A program made the position numbers and the translations under genes. Below are positions 61,130-64,000 of a stretch of DNA of 64,000 nucleotides, one piece after another (positions within the stretch are counted from its first letter, which is position 1; every line of letters begins with the position of its first letter). Under the pieces are notes generated by a model. That model had not been told where the DNA came from. It did not search any database and saw only the letters and a program-made list of their open reading frames with translations. Origin of the DNA: Takakia lepidozioides (taxonomy: Eukaryota > Plantae > Bryophyta); assembly GCA_030704615.1 (NCBI GenBank), contig CM060734.1:2294001-2358000 (forward strand), written 5' to 3'.

Positions 61130-62512
61130 ATCCTTCATGCTATGCATACCCTGCAAGCATTGCACTCCAGGACACCACATCTCGTTCAACCATAGTGTCG
61201 AACACTCCCTTTGCATCCTCGATGCACCCACATTATGCATACATGTCCACTAGGGCATGTTTTAGAATGACATTTGGTACAATTCCAGCTCTGACGATGT
61301 CGCCATTGACATGTGGTACACTTTTAGCTTTGAGGATGTCACCATGGACCTCTTTTTTCCCTTTTCTAGGGCTCCCAGGCTTGCACACGCATTGCAAACA
61401 ATAACAATCATGATGTGGTTCGGCTTCACCCCTTCGTACATCATTCGCTCATCCAAAGCATCGTACCACATACATATCTGAATCTGCGGAGATGCTCTAT
61501 AGAGCCTCTTTCAGTTTGCCTACCTCACAAAGCATCTTCACATGCCCAGAAGAGCCAGAAGAGGCATCATGGACTCCCCTCTCTTTATCCTCTTTTCAGA
61601 AGCCAACGAGCTAACTTACAGAATGCAGTATGCATCTCAGGGCCGAGCCTCCATCCCGCACCAAGCTGTGCATATCCTGCGATCATGGCGTTACAAGGCA
61701 CCACAACTCCTTCAGTCATATTGTCGAACACTCCCTTTGCATCCTCGATGCACCCACAACTGACATACATGTCCACGAGGGTATTGTTTAGAACAATATC
61801 TGTTTCAATTCCCGCTTTGATGATGTCACCATGGACCCTCTCTGCCCTTTTTCCAGGGCTGCTAGGCTTGCACACGCATTGCAGACACCAAGACACAAAT
61901 AAGGTGATGTGATTGGGCTTCACCCCTTCCCACCATTTTCTCATAGGTCTCCAAAGCCTCCATCTCGCACCCATGCTGTGCATATCCTGCAATCATTGCA
62001 CTCCAAGACACCACATTTCGTTCAGCCATTAGGTCAAACACTCCTTTTGCATCCTCAATGCACCCACATTTAGCATACATGTCCACCAGGGTAGATTTTC
62101 AGAATGACATCTGGTAAAATTCCAGCTTTGATAATGTCCCCATGGACTTCCTTGCCCTTATCCAGCGCTGCCAGACTCGCACACACCTTGCCAAACAAAA
62201 ACCTGGGGTGATCTGGTCGGGTTTCACCTCTTCCCTCATCATTTGCTCATAGGTCTCCAAAGCCTCCATCCCGCGCCCCTGTTGTGCATAAGCTGTGATC
62301 ATCGCAGTCCAAGACACCATATCTCGTTCGGCCATATTGTCCAACACTCCTTTTTGCATCCTCGATGCTCCCCACATTTTGCATACATGTTCATCAGAGC
62401 AGTGTCCAGAACAACATCTGGTATGATTCCAAGCTTCGACAATGTCAACATGGACCTCTTTGCCTTTTTGCAGCAAGGTTTGCCAGGATCACACACGCAT
62501 TGCAAACACACA
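61130..62512 (-). pseudogene. Degenerate PLS-class pentatricopeptide repeat tract
   Basis: Repeated [34 protein letters not shown] and GVKP(N/D).IT motifs, with many frameshifts. Confidence 0.9.
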
Positions 62513-62981
62513 GTACATGAAGGAAGGAAGAAGAAGGAGATGGAGGTCGCGTTCGCCTAGCAGGGTGACTTGGAAATCTTGCTAAGTCCTCGGCCCCCTC
62601 ACTGCGACTTACGGAGCTCACAACCCGAGCTCCCTATCAATTGTCCCGTTCGCAATTCGACGCATGTCATTGTAATTTCAAAATAGTGCCATATTGGTTA
62701 CAATTTGATAAAAATGTCCCCGGGGGGTCCAACCAGCAGTCGTCAACACGACTGCAAATTTCATTAATATAAAAAATATGTTTTTTTTCAATTTTTGGAA
62801 ATCAGCCTATAAATCGGCGTGAAACCCCGAGTTCACTTCTGCCACTTGTATACTCCATCTTTTATGCCAGCGTGGCATAAAAACGACTACGACGACTGGC
62901 AAGTCGTCATTCACAACCTGGAGTCCCACGAGCAGTCGTTTCGGACAGAATCGCAACCGCGAGTCGGGTGCGAAAAAACAC

Positions 62982-63579
62982 CTATTCCTTGTAGTGTTTC
63001 ATCTTCCCAGACAATCTTCTCAACTCAGCATGGATTTCCGTAATTCTGGGATGCAACTTGTCATCTACAACGAAGGTGTGCACCTTGTTGCCAACCTCAA
63101 TGCAGCAGCGACCTGGCTCGTTTCCAACCCCTTTGACCTTCATCATTCTTCTCACTTTTGCAGTATCATCCCACCTGCCAGCTACAGCATAGATGTTTGA
63201 GAGCAACACATAAGTCCCAGCATCCTGTTCAGCCCACATGAGGATAGATGTTGTTGCACGTTCAGCCATCTCCACATTGCCATGGATTCTGCAAGCACCA
63301 AGCAAGGCCTTCCACACCACAACACCTGGATTTATGGGCATTTTATTAATCAGGTCCACTGCCTCATCCGGTTGTCCCGCACGTCCAAGAAGGTCCACCA
63401 TGCAGCCAAAGTGCTTTACTGTCGGAGTGACACCATGATCTTGACTCAGGGAATCAAAGTAGCGTCTTCCTTCATTCAGTAGGCCAGCGTGGCTGCATGT
63501 AGAGAGAACACTTATAAAGGTGATGTTGCATGGCTTCAAGCTGTTCTTTTGCATTCCTTCAAATAGTTGCACGACCTCC
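62982..63579 (-). pseudogene. PPR C-terminal repeats with E/E+ domain, truncated on both sides
   Basis: FISVLSTCSHAGL, HFGCMVDLLGRAG, WKALLGACRIHGN, TYVLLSNIYA, VHTFVVDDKLHP; no DYW domain seen. Confidence 0.92.
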
Positions 63580-64000
63580 CACTACTGCAAAAAGGGGGGG
63601 GTTTACGACGCCCACGGCCCGGCGCACGCGGCACCGTGCGACCCCACTTATTAGCGACGCCAAGAGGGTCGCTATTCAGGGGTCGGTATTATACCGACCC
63701 CTGAGGGGGCGCTATACTGAAATCCCAGCAAAATGAGGATCCCAAAATGACTAAGTCATTGGGACAGACCCCCCTGGCGTCGCTAATACCGCGGGGTTGA
63801 TTTCCCGTCGGTTTCTTCCTGCGACGCCCCTGCCGACGGTCCCCATCCGACGCCTCTGGGGTCGGATTAGGGTTTTTTCCCCCCAAACGACCTACGGGCC
63901 AACCAAATATATTTTTAACACTGTCTACCGTCGTCCTGGGCGTCGCTTTAAACGGGGAATTTGATTATTAAAGTTCTGATTTTGATTTTTAATTATTTAA
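63580..64000 (+). mobile_element. Terminus of a CACTA (EnSpm-like) transposon inserted in the PPR gene
   Basis: CACTACTGCAAAAA begins where PPR homology stops; subterminal GCGACGCC/GGCGTCGC repeats in both orientations. Confidence 0.8.

Noticed and set aside
61130-63579. One intact DYW-type RNA-editing PPR gene
   Set aside because: The E/E+ block lies upstream of the repeat tract on the minus strand, the repeats are frameshifted, no DYW domain is visible, and a CACTA end truncates it.

Overview
Eukaryotic, repeat-dense DNA, probably from a land plant (PLS/E-class PPR fragments, spliceosomal introns, iMet PBS, TTTAGGG-like tracts). It is a nest of decayed transposons and I find no intact host gene. 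A minus-strand non-chromovirus Ty3/gypsy element is split by two insertions: a complete 14.5-kb Mutator-like (MULE) DNA transposon (3724-18273, 10-bp TSD) and a young full-length chromovirus (18357-25318, TSD TGCTG). A second, diverged MULE (about 30.0-41.6 kb), a long APE/RT LINE, further gypsy fragments, a MITE, PPR pseudogenes and a CACTA end follow. The most notable system is a MULE family that carries, head-to-head with its SWIM transposase, a multi-exon gene fusing a ParB/Srx-like domain (WDGNHR) to a beta-class amino-methyltransferase-like domain with an altered catalytic motif (DIPD/NIPD). Each element is studded with its own palindrome, seen only in introns and non-coding DNA and often at a 63-66 bp period (ATTTCGGCGCCGAAAT in element 1, GTGATGATCGGTACCGATCATCAC in element 2). 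Two further probable family remnants carry yet other palindromes. This suggests, as an inference, a transposon-encoded self-recognition or anti-silencing module. All domain calls are by-eye motif recognition; no database searches were run.
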